NCBI GenBank assembly: GCA_016202485.1
Contig: JACQOP010000138.1
Coordinates: 1-43,544 of the forward strand
Reading direction: 5' to 3'
Origin: Chloroflexota bacterium
GTDB taxonomy: Bacteria > Chloroflexota > Dehalococcoidia > Lucifugimonadales > JACPCL1
DNA: 43,544 bases
The notes beneath the pieces were generated by a model. That model searched no databases. It had not been told where the DNA came from and saw only the letters and a list, made by a program, of their open reading frames with translations. This document shows, in pieces, positions 33,543-42,164 of this stretch. The first letter of the stretch is position 1. Every line of letters starts with the position of its first letter. A program made the translations under genes and the position numbers.

Positions 33543-35143
33543 TTGGCCGCTCCTTCCTTTTGCAACTGGTCATGCTGAGAGCCTTGCGCCGGCGCCAAAA
33601 AGCCCAGCCCCAGCAATTTTTTTACCGTATCTATGGCTGTAATGGCAAGGTCATTAGCGTTTGTTCCCGTACCTTGCGCCACCTGCTCCACGGCTTCTCC
33701 CAGAAGGCGACGCCCATCGCAGAAGGCCAACAGGTGCAAAGTGAAGCCGTCTATTCTGCCTTGGAAGCGGAGCCCACGTTCCAGTGCCAGTACCATATCC
33801 TGGGCGCCGTATGCCCCGTTGCGCCATTTTAGCACCTGCTCCAGACGGTGGTGCTCCACAAGGCGAAAGGACTGAGCCAGGATGGCACGGTCGTCCTGCA
33901 ATGCGACGAGGTAGTCCTGGGCCTGGAAAAGGGTGACGATATGCTCGCCAGCGGGGCCAATGGTCCCAGGTGGGAGCTGCTCGGCCCGAGTCCAGTGGGG
34001 TCCCTTGGAGCGGCGAAGGATGACGGCGCCCGAGGCTATGGCTTCAATTCCTAGTTTCTGATAGTAGCTGAGCCAGCGGTCCAGAGCGTTCTGATACGCG
34101 CTTAGGTCTCCGTGGTAGTGAGGCCTTGTCCAGTTAGCTGCATAGGTGAGGGGGTCCTCGGTCTTGTAGTGGAGCAGGAGAGCATTGCAGCCACTGCTTT
34201 CTATCCACCTGCGAACAGGGGCTGACCATTCTTCACCGCTCCGGCATGTCCAGTTACAGAGGATGTGGGCAAAGCCTCCTTCGGCCAGGAAGGCAGGCGA
34301 CTCCTTGACGACCTCTGCACTCACCGAATCACCGGGTAGGCCACCGTCACGGAAAATATAGCTGGTATCAGGGGAAATGACATAGGGGGGATTGCTGACG
34401 ATAAGGTCAAACTGGTTGCCAGCCACCGGTTGGAAGAAGCTGCCTTGGCGGCACTGGATGTTGTGTATGCCGTTTAACTGAGCATTGAAGGCGGTAAAGC
34501 CCAGGGCTTTCGCGTTAACGTCCGTGGCCACCACCTGGCCGGCTTGCCGCGCTGCTAATAACGCCTGGACTCCGCACCCTGTGCCCATGTCCAGGACTGC
34601 ACCTACCGGTGTTCTCACCGTAAGATGCGCCAGGGTGACCGAGGTGGCGTTCACGCCAATGACGTAATCGGAGGGTAATTCACTGGGATCTGGGTAGTGG
34701 GGGTCTGAGACTATGATAAAGCCCTGGTAGGGGAAGAGCCGCACCAAAGGGCGGACCCCCTTCGGGGTACGCTGCGCCAAGCCCATACCCAGCAACTGCT
34801 GCAGGGTCATGGGCCTCAGGCTTTTCGCTACTTCATCCTCCTCTACCGTGACCCCCAGCAGGAACAACTTGACAAGCGTGCTAAGGGGGAGGTCTTCTGG
34901 CAGCCGGCGGATTGCCACAGCGATGTCTACGGGCTGGAAGTACAGGTCATCCTGGCCCCCCAGGACTGCCTTTACTCCCGCTTCCGAGTAGTTGGCTGCT
35001 TCCAGCGCCGTACGGAACTCTGCTATGGGCTGGGTGGCCACTCCTGAGAAGAAATTCCCAGGGTTGGACTCCCTGCCAACTGCCTTCTCTTTTCCAGCCT
35101 TGCTGCCGGCTTTACCGCTAGTTACGTTCATCTTACATCCCAA
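33539..35143 (-). CDS. PrmC/HemK-like SAM-dependent methyltransferase with large N- and C-terminal extensions
   Basis: LDMGTGCGV motif I and the DLIVSNPPYV catalytic motif. ATGA overlap with the downstream gene. ATG 35131 is an alternative start. Confidence 0.8.
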   Translation of the reverse strand: MGCKMNVTSGKAGSKAGKEKAVGRESNPGNFFSGVATQPIAEFRTALEAANYSEAGVKAVLGGQDDLYFQPVDIAVAIRRLPEDLPLSTLVKLFLLGVTVEEDEVAKSLRPMTLQQLLGMGLAQRTPKGVRPLVRLFPYQGFIIVSDPHYPDPSELPSDYVIGVNATSVTLAHLTVRTPVGAVLDMGTGCGVQALLAARQAGQVVATDVNAKALGFTAFNAQLNGIHNIQCRQGSFFQPVAGNQFDLIVSNPPYVISPDTSYIFRDGGLPGDSVSAEVVKESPAFLAEGGFAHILCNWTCRSGEEWSAPVRRWIESSGCNALLLHYKTEDPLTYAANWTRPHYHGDLSAYQNALDRWLSYYQKLGIEAIASGAVILRRSKGPHWTRAEQLPPGTIGPAGEHIVTLFQAQDYLVALQDDRAILAQSFRLVEHHRLEQVLKWRNGAYGAQDMVLALERGLRFQGRIDGFTLHLLAFCDGRRLLGEAVEQVAQGTGTNANDLAITAIDTVKKLLGLGFLAPAQGSQHDQLQKEGAAK

Positions 35144-35162
35144 GGGCGTTGCTGCAAGAACC

Positions 35163-35969
35163 TTAGTCAGAGCTGCAATTGCCTTCGTTGAGCCATGCCT
35201 TCAATGCTGTGGGATGGACCCGCAGGGCTCTGTAGGTGCTGGTGGTTACGTGTCCCAGAGTCTCACTACCCTTGTGCAACTCCGGGGGTGATCCGGCGAA
35301 GTCGTTATAGGCGCTGTAGGGGCCAGAGGAGTTGCCATAGGAAGCCAGTTCGTTCCAGATGCTGGTCATGCTGGATGGGCTGCCGTACTGTCCAGAGTCG
35401 TTTATAATGGAGTCGGGGCTGAACCCGTTGCCTGAGACCTTGCCCAGGAGCTGCCCGTCACCTGCTACAAGCCAGGCACCGCATATCTGGGGAGTTAGAA
35501 GGATAGCATACTCAGCGATGAGTGTGGCTGTAGGGGTTGCTGAGGGTAAAAAGGTGGGTGTCGGTGTAGCGGTGGGTAAGGGGGTGGGAGTGGACACAGG
35601 GGTAGACGTAGGACTGGAAACCACAATAGGGCTGGGGCTTGCCGTTGGTGTTGGCGACGGTACGATAGTCGCATCGGGCGTAGGACTAGCGACGGAAAGT
35701 GGAGTCGCCGTTGGAGTGGGCGAGGGAGCAGCAGTAGGGGTTAGGGTTGCCGTGGGTGTGGGCGATGGCGTAGGGGTGAAGGCAGACTCACGTGTCAGTG
35801 TGGGCTCCGGCTCAGGAGATAGGGTGGGGCCAATGGTTAACGTAGGGGTTGGCGACGGCTCTGCTGTGGATGTGGGGGTAGCGGTAGGCAACGCCTGCAC
35901 ACAGGCCACCAGAAATAAAGGGCCTAGGAGTAAGGGAAGGACAGCGAACCGGTCTGGTCTGAATCGCAT
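35163..35969 (-). CDS. Lipoprotein with a long Pro/Thr-rich linker and a C-terminal domain of unknown function
   Basis: Lipobox LFLVAC, about 120 aa of PT/PS repeats, then a globular tail with YGSPSSMTSIWN / YGNSSGPYSAYN motifs. Confidence 0.7.
   Translation of the reverse strand: MRFRPDRFAVLPLLLGPLFLVACVQALPTATPTSTAEPSPTPTLTIGPTLSPEPEPTLTRESAFTPTPSPTPTATLTPTAAPSPTPTATPLSVASPTPDATIVPSPTPTASPSPIVVSSPTSTPVSTPTPLPTATPTPTFLPSATPTATLIAEYAILLTPQICGAWLVAGDGQLLGKVSGNGFSPDSIINDSGQYGSPSSMTSIWNELASYGNSSGPYSAYNDFAGSPPELHKGSETLGHVTTSTYRALRVHPTALKAWLNEGNCSSD
35523..35888 (-). repeat. Low-complexity Pro/Thr-coding repeat region
   Basis: It encodes PTATPTSTAEPSPTPT...PTPTFLPSATPTAT. It also creates a spurious Gly/Val ORF on the plus strand. 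Confidence 0.85.
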
Positions 35970-36035
35970 GGGCCACATAATAGGCTTTCCGTCCCGTCCA
36001 AAGCAATGAGGTGGAGTACGTAGGCAGAGAGGGTT

Positions 36036-36755
36036 TTACCATCGCTTGCGGCGGCGTCCCATGAGCTTGACCAGCAGGCGCAGCGGGGCCGGCAAGCCCC
36101 GGGGGATGACTGGTGCTAGGATGGCCACGACTGCCGTGTCGCTAACGGCTTTGGCGAAACGAGCGGGGTCTCCGCCAGTGGCAAAGCCGTAGTGAGTGGG
36201 AATGACCGTCTCGGCCCTGACCATGGCAGCAGCTTGGGCGGCCTCGGCCTCATCCATGACAAAGACACCCCCGATGGGCAGCATGGCTACGTCCACGGGC
36301 CCCGCCTGGGCCAGCTCCGGCACGGCGTCGGTATCGCCTGCGTGGTAGATGGTGAGGCCGCCAAGCTGAAAGCGGAAGCCGGTGTTGAACTGCTGTGCCC
36401 TGGGGTGCAAGCCGTTGTAGCCGGGGACGCTGGTGATGGAGAGGCCGGCGGCGGCGGTGGACTGGCCCTCCCACAGGGCCGTGGCCTGCAAGCCCTTGGC
36501 GCTCAAAGCTGCGGCGGCGGCAGGGCTGGCGACAATGGGCGCGCCTTCCTTGCGGCAGGCATGGATGGCCGTGGTGTCCAGGTGGTCCTGGTGGGGGTGG
36601 GTGACCAGCACCAGATCAGCCTTGTCCTGCCCGACGTAGGCTGGCGTGATGCGCAGGGGGTCAATCCAGACGACGGTGTTGCCAGCCTTGATTTTGAAGC
36701 AGGACTGGATGTAGCGGGTGAATTCAACGCCGGAGAGGGTAACTGTAGACGTCAT
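36036..36755 (-). CDS. MBL-fold metal-dependent hydrolase (UPF0173-like)
   Basis: DLVLVTHPHQDHLD motif. Confidence 0.85.
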   Translation of the reverse strand: MTSTVTLSGVEFTRYIQSCFKIKAGNTVVWIDPLRITPAYVGQDKADLVLVTHPHQDHLDTTAIHACRKEGAPIVASPAAAAALSAKGLQATALWEGQSTAAAGLSITSVPGYNGLHPRAQQFNTGFRFQLGGLTIYHAGDTDAVPELAQAGPVDVAMLPIGGVFVMDEAEAAQAAAMVRAETVIPTHYGFATGGDPARFAKAVSDTAVVAILAPVIPRGLPAPLRLLVKLMGRRRKRW

Positions 36756-36839
36756 AGGGCCTCCTGGGAAGTATGCCTAGGGAGCCAGGAGCATGATACC
36801 TGTTTCTCGGTGTGCTGTGCTACAGCCAGGGGTTGCCCG

Positions 36840-36868
36840 TTGCCACAGGTAGGGACAGGCCCTAGACT
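36840..36868 (+). promoter_or_regulatory. Candidate sigma-70 promoter of the amidase gene
   Basis: ttgcca-17 nt-tagact, 27 nt before the ATG. Pattern match only. Confidence 0.25.
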
Positions 36869-36894
36869 GTGGGTATTCTGAGGGGAGGGACAGC

Positions 36895-38316
36895 ATGGAC
36901 GATGCGGCCCTGGCCTTTGCGCCCGCATGGCGGCTTCGTGACCTGGTGGCCCAGAAGCAGGTGTCGCCTGTGGAACTGGCGGAGCTGTTCCTGGAGCGCA
37001 TCGCCAGGCTGGACCCGCGCCTGAATGCCTACCTGACGGTGGCGGCGGAGCAGACGCTGGAGTCGGCGCGCCAGGCGGAGCGGATGGTCCTGGCCGGCGT
37101 GGTCCTGGAGCCGCTGCATGGCGTGCCTATCGCCATCAAAGACCTGACCCCCACCCGAGGGTTGCGGACCACGCGGGGGTCGCTCCTGTTCAAGGACAAC
37201 GTGCCTCAGGTAGATGCCATTGTGGTGGCTCGTATACGGCAGGCGGGGACGGTAATCCTGGGCAAGACCAATACACCAGAGTTTGGGTGTTCGGCAACCA
37301 CGGAGAACAGGCTGGGTGACGACTGCCGCAATCCGTGGGACCCCAAACGGACCTCGGGCGGGTCCAGCGGGGGTGCAGCAGCCGGCCTTGCGTCGGGGAT
37401 GCACCCCCTGGCCCACGGGACCGACGCCGGCGGTTCTATCCGTGTGCCCTCTGGCATGTGTGGTGTCTTTGGCATCAAACCCACCCAGGGAAGGGTTGCC
37501 CAATCTTACGTAGGCCCTGGGGGCTGGGGCGCCCTGGCCCAGAGCGGCCCCATCACCCGCACCGTGCGGGACGCTGCACTACTCTTGCAAGTTATGGCAG
37601 GGCCGCACCCTGATGACCCCCTGGCTATTCCGGAGGCGGCACCGGATTTTGTGGCCGGCCTGGAGGGGGGAGTGAAGGACATGAGCTTGGGGCTGAGCCT
37701 GGATATGGGAGGCGTCCCCGTTGACCGGGAGGTGCGGGCCTGCGTCCAGAAGGCGGCGAAGGCCTTTGAGGAGATGGGGGCTGTGGTGGAAGAGGTACAG
37801 GTGGAGTTGGACCACGAGGCAGTCAGGCAGGCGTTCATGGCTATCTTCCTGGCCGACTATGCGGCATCCCTGGAGGAACTCTACCTCCGAGATAAGGAGC
37901 TGTTCTCTCCGCTGATGTCCCGCTTTATGGAGACCGCTCTTCACATGCCAGCCTCGGAACTGGCTAAGGCCCTGCGCCAGAGGGAGTGGCACCGCTGGCG
38001 CATGGATGCGCTTGTGAGTCGCTATGATTTGTTCCTGACGCCGACGCTGGCGGTGACGGCCTTTCCTGTGGGGCAGCGCCCGGCGGTCATTGATGGGCAG
38101 GCAATAGACCCGGACTGGAGCGTTACTCCATTTACCTTCCTGTTTAATATGAGCGGGCACCCGGCGGCCAGCGTCCCCTGCGGGTTCTCCTCGGAGGGGC
38201 TGCCCATTGGATTGCAGATAGTTGGGCAAAAGGGTGACGAGGCGAGGGTGCTGCGGGCCTCGGCTGCCTTTGAGGAGGCCAGGCCCTGGGTGGACAAGCG
38301 GCCAAAGGCAAGCTGA
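36895..38316 (+). CDS. Amidase-signature family amidase (GatA-like)
   Basis: GGSSGGAAAGLASG signature and IAIKDL lysine motif. Confidence 0.9.
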   Translation: MDDAALAFAPAWRLRDLVAQKQVSPVELAELFLERIARLDPRLNAYLTVAAEQTLESARQAERMVLAGVVLEPLHGVPIAIKDLTPTRGLRTTRGSLLFKDNVPQVDAIVVARIRQAGTVILGKTNTPEFGCSATTENRLGDDCRNPWDPKRTSGGSSGGAAAGLASGMHPLAHGTDAGGSIRVPSGMCGVFGIKPTQGRVAQSYVGPGGWGALAQSGPITRTVRDAALLLQVMAGPHPDDPLAIPEAAPDFVAGLEGGVKDMSLGLSLDMGGVPVDREVRACVQKAAKAFEEMGAVVEEVQVELDHEAVRQAFMAIFLADYAASLEELYLRDKELFSPLMSRFMETALHMPASELAKALRQREWHRWRMDALVSRYDLFLTPTLAVTAFPVGQRPAVIDGQAIDPDWSVTPFTFLFNMSGHPAASVPCGFSSEGLPIGLQIVGQKGDEARVLRASAAFEEARPWVDKRPKAS

Positions 38317-38317
38317 C

Positions 38318-38554
38318 ATGGAAGACATCATCAGCATGGCGGATATGCGGGCCATCTTCTCGGTGACCGATGATTTTGGGATTGACCGGGAGCAAATCCG
38401 TGTGGAGTTGGAGAAGGCAGACCCGGCGTCCGTCAAGCTGTCGAACCAGGGGATGCTGGAGATTACGGCGCCGCTGACGGGGCTGGAGGCATGGCTGCCA
38501 GCCCTGCGGCGGGAGTTGCTGCGTCTGGGGCTCACGGAGCAGACGGAGGAGTAG
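38318..38554 (+). CDS. Hypothetical 78-aa protein
   Basis: ATG lies 2 nt after the amidase stop. No recognisable motif. Confidence 0.5.
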   Translation: MEDIISMADMRAIFSVTDDFGIDREQIRVELEKADPASVKLSNQGMLEITAPLTGLEAWLPALRRELLRLGLTEQTEE

Positions 38555-38923
38555 ATGGAGATAGCCGTTGAGGTAGAGCAGAACGATAACTGCTTTGGCG
38601 TGCCGGAGCGTGTCTTTGAGGTGCAGGGTGCGAAACAGAAGGCGCTGCGGGTCATGGCGTACCCCCCACGGGGGGCCTATGGCTGGTGCCGGGTGACGGG
38701 CTGGAGCAGCGAGGAGGATGGGATGCCCTGCGACGCCTATCTGGTGAAGGTGGGGGACTCCGGCTCAGGGACGGCGTACCTGCTCTACGGTGGCGACTGG
38801 GGCGTGCGCCTGATGCCTGGGGATGCTACGGAGGAGTGGAGCCTGGACAGCCCCCGGCAGTGGGGTGAGCCATACATGCTGCTGGAAGACCCCAGCGAGG
38901 TGGAGGTGCTACCCCTATCCTAA
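38555..38923 (+). CDS. Hypothetical 122-aa protein
   Basis: ATG directly abuts the previous TAG. No recognisable motif. Confidence 0.55.
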   Translation: MEIAVEVEQNDNCFGVPERVFEVQGAKQKALRVMAYPPRGAYGWCRVTGWSSEEDGMPCDAYLVKVGDSGSGTAYLLYGGDWGVRLMPGDATEEWSLDSPRQWGEPYMLLEDPSEVEVLPLS

Positions 38924-38943
38924 CCTTCCCCGGAGGGGGAAGG
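38924..38943. terminator. Hairpin between convergent genes
   Basis: ccttcccc-ggag-ggggaagg with no clear T-tract. Confidence 0.4.
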
Positions 38944-38949
38944 GACTGA

Positions 38950-39366
38950 TCATGCCTCCGCCGCCTGCTTGATGGCGGCAAGTTCCTCGGTCAGGTCGCG
39001 GCGGAAGCTGCCCCTCATGAGGCGGGAGAATAGGCCGCCCGCCAACCCGCCGTACTGGGCGGCGATAGTGACCTGGACTGCATTATCCTGGGGATGGAGG
39101 GTGTACTCGTGGGTGGCCTTGAAGCCGGGGCCTGTGACCAGCAGGGTCAGCCGCTCCTTGGGTTGGAGGCGCTGCACCACGGGGGTGAAGGCGTTTCGGT
39201 CCACCACCAGGCGGATGCGGCTGCCCTCGTGCAGAGGCGGGCCGTCCAGGAGGCGGGCTTCTTTGACGCGGGGCGAGTGCGTGGGACGGCCCTCAAAGTC
39301 CAGCACGGTATCCCAGACCCTGTCCAGGGGTGCATTGACCAAGGTCGCTTCCTGCAAAGAAGACAT
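38950..39366 (-). CDS. SRPBCC (START/polyketide-cyclase-like) protein
   Basis: APLDRVWDTVLDFEG N-terminal motif and SD aggagg. The ORF-track 296-aa version is an artefactual extension. Confidence 0.8.
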   Translation of the reverse strand: MSSLQEATLVNAPLDRVWDTVLDFEGRPTHSPRVKEARLLDGPPLHEGSRIRLVVDRNAFTPVVQRLQPKERLTLLVTGPGFKATHEYTLHPQDNAVQVTIAAQYGGLAGGLFSRLMRGSFRRDLTEELAAIKQAAEA

Positions 39367-39383
39367 ACGTACCTCCTGCCGGG

Positions 39384-39740
39384 CTAGCCGGTGATGTCGG
39401 TGCGGCCCTGGGTGGTGATGGAGAGGTGGGTGAAGAAGCTGTCCTCCGTGGCCCCGTGCCAGTGCCGCTCCCCCGGCGGCACGTAGACGGCCATGCCAGG
39501 GGTGACAACGTGCTGCTCCTGCTCCGTGGCCAGGATACCCTTGCCGGCGATGCAATACAGGACCTGGTCGTGGGTATGGGTGTGGAGCTTGGTGTGTGCG
39601 CCGGGGCTGAAGGTGATGGCCGCCAGGCGCAGGGTGCCCGCCATCTGCTCTGTCACCAGAGACTGGCGGGCCACCTTGCCCACAAAGATGTCGCCGCCGG
39701 ACCAGTCTGGGGTGGTCTCGTTCAGGTTGACGACGCGCAT
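39384..39740 (-). CDS. Cupin-domain protein
   Basis: G(X)5HxH-like KLHTHTHDQVLY and PPGERHWHG motifs. Confidence 0.85.
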   Translation of the reverse strand: MRVVNLNETTPDWSGGDIFVGKVARQSLVTEQMAGTLRLAAITFSPGAHTKLHTHTHDQVLYCIAGKGILATEQEQHVVTPGMAVYVPPGERHWHGATEDSFFTHLSITTQGRTDITG

Positions 39741-39761
39741 GGAAGCTCGTTTCAGTGAAGG

Positions 39762-39836
39762 TGGTCGGGGTGGTGAGGATTGAACTCACGACCTCTTGGT
39801 CCCAAACCAAGCGCGCTGCCGCTGCGCCACACCCCG
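39762..39836 (-). tRNA. tRNA-Pro (anticodon UGG), CCA encoded
   Basis: The minus strand folds by hand as CGGGGTG-TG-GCGC/AGCGGCA/GCGC-G-CTTGG/TTTGGGA/CCAAG-AGGTC-GTGAG/TTCAATC/CTCAC-CACCCCG-A-CCA. Confidence 0.9.
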
Positions 39837-39940
39837 TCACTCTATCCTATGCTGTTGCATGGGGCAGGTCAACCAGCTATCCTCATCTGTTGGAGGGCAG
39901 TATAAAGTATCATGGCAAACTCCAGCGAAAGGAGGCGGCC

Positions 39941-40135
39941 ATGCACATCGTGATCCTTGTGGTGCTGGCGGCAGTGTTCTGGTCCTATATGTGGACCAGA
40001 ATCTTTGAGAAGATGGGCTACAACCAGTGGCTGGGCCTGGTGATGCTGGCGCCCATAGTGAACGCCATTGCCCTGGTGATGCTGGCCTTTGCCGAGTGGC
40101 CCATAGAGTCTGAGGTGCGGAGCCTCCGGAGCTAG
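39941..40135 (+). CDS. Small 2-TM membrane protein (DUF5684-like)
   Basis: SD aaaggagg, then MWTRIFEKMGYNQWLGLVMLAPIVNAIALV. Confidence 0.55.
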   Translation: MHIVILVVLAAVFWSYMWTRIFEKMGYNQWLGLVMLAPIVNAIALVMLAFAEWPIESEVRSLRS

Positions 40136-40213
40136 TCTTTGGTGAATCTGCCCCTTGAAGGACTGCCAGGGGGTTGTATGATAGGTGGGCAGTCCAACAG
40201 CGAAAGGAGACCC

Positions 40214-40993
40214 ATGCGTCCCAACAAGGTGAAACGGATGTGGAAGGAAGGCCAGCCGGTGGCGGCAGGATGGCTTTCTACGGGCAGCCCCTACGTGGCC
40301 GAGGTCATGGCCCACGCCGGGTTTGACGCCATTATCATGGACCTGCAGCATGGCATGGGCTTCACCACGGAGAAGGCCATCGCCTGCATGCAGGCGATCT
40401 CCACCACCGATACAGTACCCATCTGCCGCATGGGCTGGAACGACCCCAAGGATATCCAGTTCGTGCTGGACGCCGGCGCGTACGGGGTCATTGTCCCGCT
40501 GGTGAACACGCGGGCCGAGGCCGAGGCGGTGGTGGGCGCGGCGAAGTACCCGCCCGAAGGCTTCCGCAGCAGCGGCCCCAATCGCGCCCGTCTGTACGGT
40601 GGCGCCGACTACATTGACCATGCCAACGAAGAAGTCATTGTGCTGACGATGGTAGAGACCCAGGAGTCGGTGGACAACCTGGAGGAGATCTCCAAGGTGA
40701 AGGGGCTGGATGGGTTCTACATTGGCCCCAGCGACCTGGCCATGTCCCTAGGCGTCCGGGGGCCGGATGCCCGCCGCCATCCCAAACACGCCGCCGCTTG
40801 CCAGCGGGTGCTGGACGTGGCGCGCGCCAACGGGCTGGTACCCTGCCACCACGGCGCAGGCCCAGAGGTGGCCGCCGAGCTCTTTGCCCAGGGCTTCATG
40901 ATGTGCCAGATTGGCAGCGACGCCGGCATGGTGGGCAACGGCAGCGCCGCCGCCCTCAAGGCCCTGGCCGATGCCCGCGCCAAGCTGCGGTAG
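40214..40993 (+). CDS. HpcH/HpaI-family aldolase
   Basis: Family-like N-terminus (KRMWKEGQPVAAGWLSTGSPYVAEVMAHAGFDAIIMDLQHG) and a GPSDLAMSLG motif. Confidence 0.85.
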   Translation: MRPNKVKRMWKEGQPVAAGWLSTGSPYVAEVMAHAGFDAIIMDLQHGMGFTTEKAIACMQAISTTDTVPICRMGWNDPKDIQFVLDAGAYGVIVPLVNTRAEAEAVVGAAKYPPEGFRSSGPNRARLYGGADYIDHANEEVIVLTMVETQESVDNLEEISKVKGLDGFYIGPSDLAMSLGVRGPDARRHPKHAAACQRVLDVARANGLVPCHHGAGPEVAAELFAQGFMMCQIGSDAGMVGNGSAAALKALADARAKLR

Positions 40994-41104
40994 TCCAACC
41001 GCATTGCTCTCCTCGTTTCCCTATCATCCATGCTCAGGTAGGGGCGGGCCGCTGGCCCGCCCTTCCTCTGCCAGTTGCATATACCTGGTGGGCGGCCCAG
41101 CCCC

Positions 41105-42013
41105 ATGCTAGCCATCCTGCTCAATGCCGTCCTGCCGGTCGTCGTCATCGCCGGCCTGGGTGTCATCATTGGACGCATCTTCAAGCTGGATGCCCGTCCA
41201 ATCAGCCGCCTTACCCTGTACGTCTTCTCTCCCGCCCTCATCTTCTGGTCTCTTTCTATGGCGGACATCTCCTTTGGCGAGGTGACGGGGGTATTCCTGT
41301 TCCTTGCGGTGTGGACGCCGGTCATGTACGCGGTGACGTGGGCTATTGGTTGGCAGCTCCGCATGAAGGGCAAGACCCGCAATGCCTTCTTCCTGAGCAC
41401 CCTGTTCCCCAACGCCGTCAACTACGGCCTGCCGGTGTCCCTGTTCGCCTTTGGCCAGGCGGGCATGGACCGGGCGCTGCTGTTCCTGGCGCCTACGGCC
41501 CTCCTCAGCGGGACCCTGGCCATCTGGGTGGCCTCCGGGGGTGGCGCAGGGGGCTGGCGCAGCCTGCTGCCCCTGCTGCGGGTGCCCACCTTCTATGCGA
41601 CGGTGGCCGCCCTGGCCATCAACCCCCTGGATGTGGCTTTCCCTGAGATCATTGCCCGGCCCTTGCAGACCCTGGGGGGCGCGGCCATCCCTTCCATGCT
41701 CATGGTGCTGGGTCTCCAGCTCTCCCAGGCCTCTTTCAAGGAGGACCTGGTGCGCGGGGGTGTCGCTGCCATAGTACGGCTGTTGGTGGGGCCGGCGGTG
41801 GCGTACCCGTGTACGCTGCTGCTGGGGATAGAGGGTGTTACCCAGCAGGTGGTGATTGTGCTGGCGGGGATGCCCACGGCGGTGTTCACCATCATCCTGG
41901 CCACGGAGTTTGAGACGCGCCCCAACCAGGTGACCAGCGCCGTGGCGGTGTCCACCACCGCCAGCATGGCGACGCTGACAGTGCTCATCTGGGCGGTGCA
42001 GCGGGTATTGTAG
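41105..42013 (+). CDS. AEC-family (auxin efflux carrier) transporter
   Basis: MLAILLNAVLPVVVIAGLGVIIGR start, about 10 TM helices, about 300 aa. Confidence 0.85.
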   Translation: MLAILLNAVLPVVVIAGLGVIIGRIFKLDARPISRLTLYVFSPALIFWSLSMADISFGEVTGVFLFLAVWTPVMYAVTWAIGWQLRMKGKTRNAFFLSTLFPNAVNYGLPVSLFAFGQAGMDRALLFLAPTALLSGTLAIWVASGGGAGGWRSLLPLLRVPTFYATVAALAINPLDVAFPEIIARPLQTLGGAAIPSMLMVLGLQLSQASFKEDLVRGGVAAIVRLLVGPAVAYPCTLLLGIEGVTQQVVIVLAGMPTAVFTIILATEFETRPNQVTSAVAVSTTASMATLTVLIWAVQRVL

Positions 42014-42070
42014 ATGCGCCTAGGAGGGGGTAGGGGCGCAAGGCTCCATAGATCGCAAGTCTCCGACCTT

Positions 42071-42092
42071 GCAACCTACGGTTGCCGTTTTT
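42071..42092 (+). terminator. Weak terminator-like hairpin
   Basis: gcaacc-tac-ggttgc followed by cgttttt. Confidence 0.3.
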
Positions 42093-42164
42093 GGGGTTGG
42101 GCCTTTTGCAAGTCCCATGCGGCCAGGGAGTGGCCCGTTTCAGAAAGGAGGAATTGGCTACTGG

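Noticed and set aside
38950-39840. 296-aa ORF in the track that spans the SRPBCC gene, the cupin gene region and the tRNA.
   Set aside because: Only the last 138 codons, from ATG 39366 with an AGGAGG SD, look like a protein. The upstream part reads the cupin gene out of frame and runs through the tRNA-Pro.
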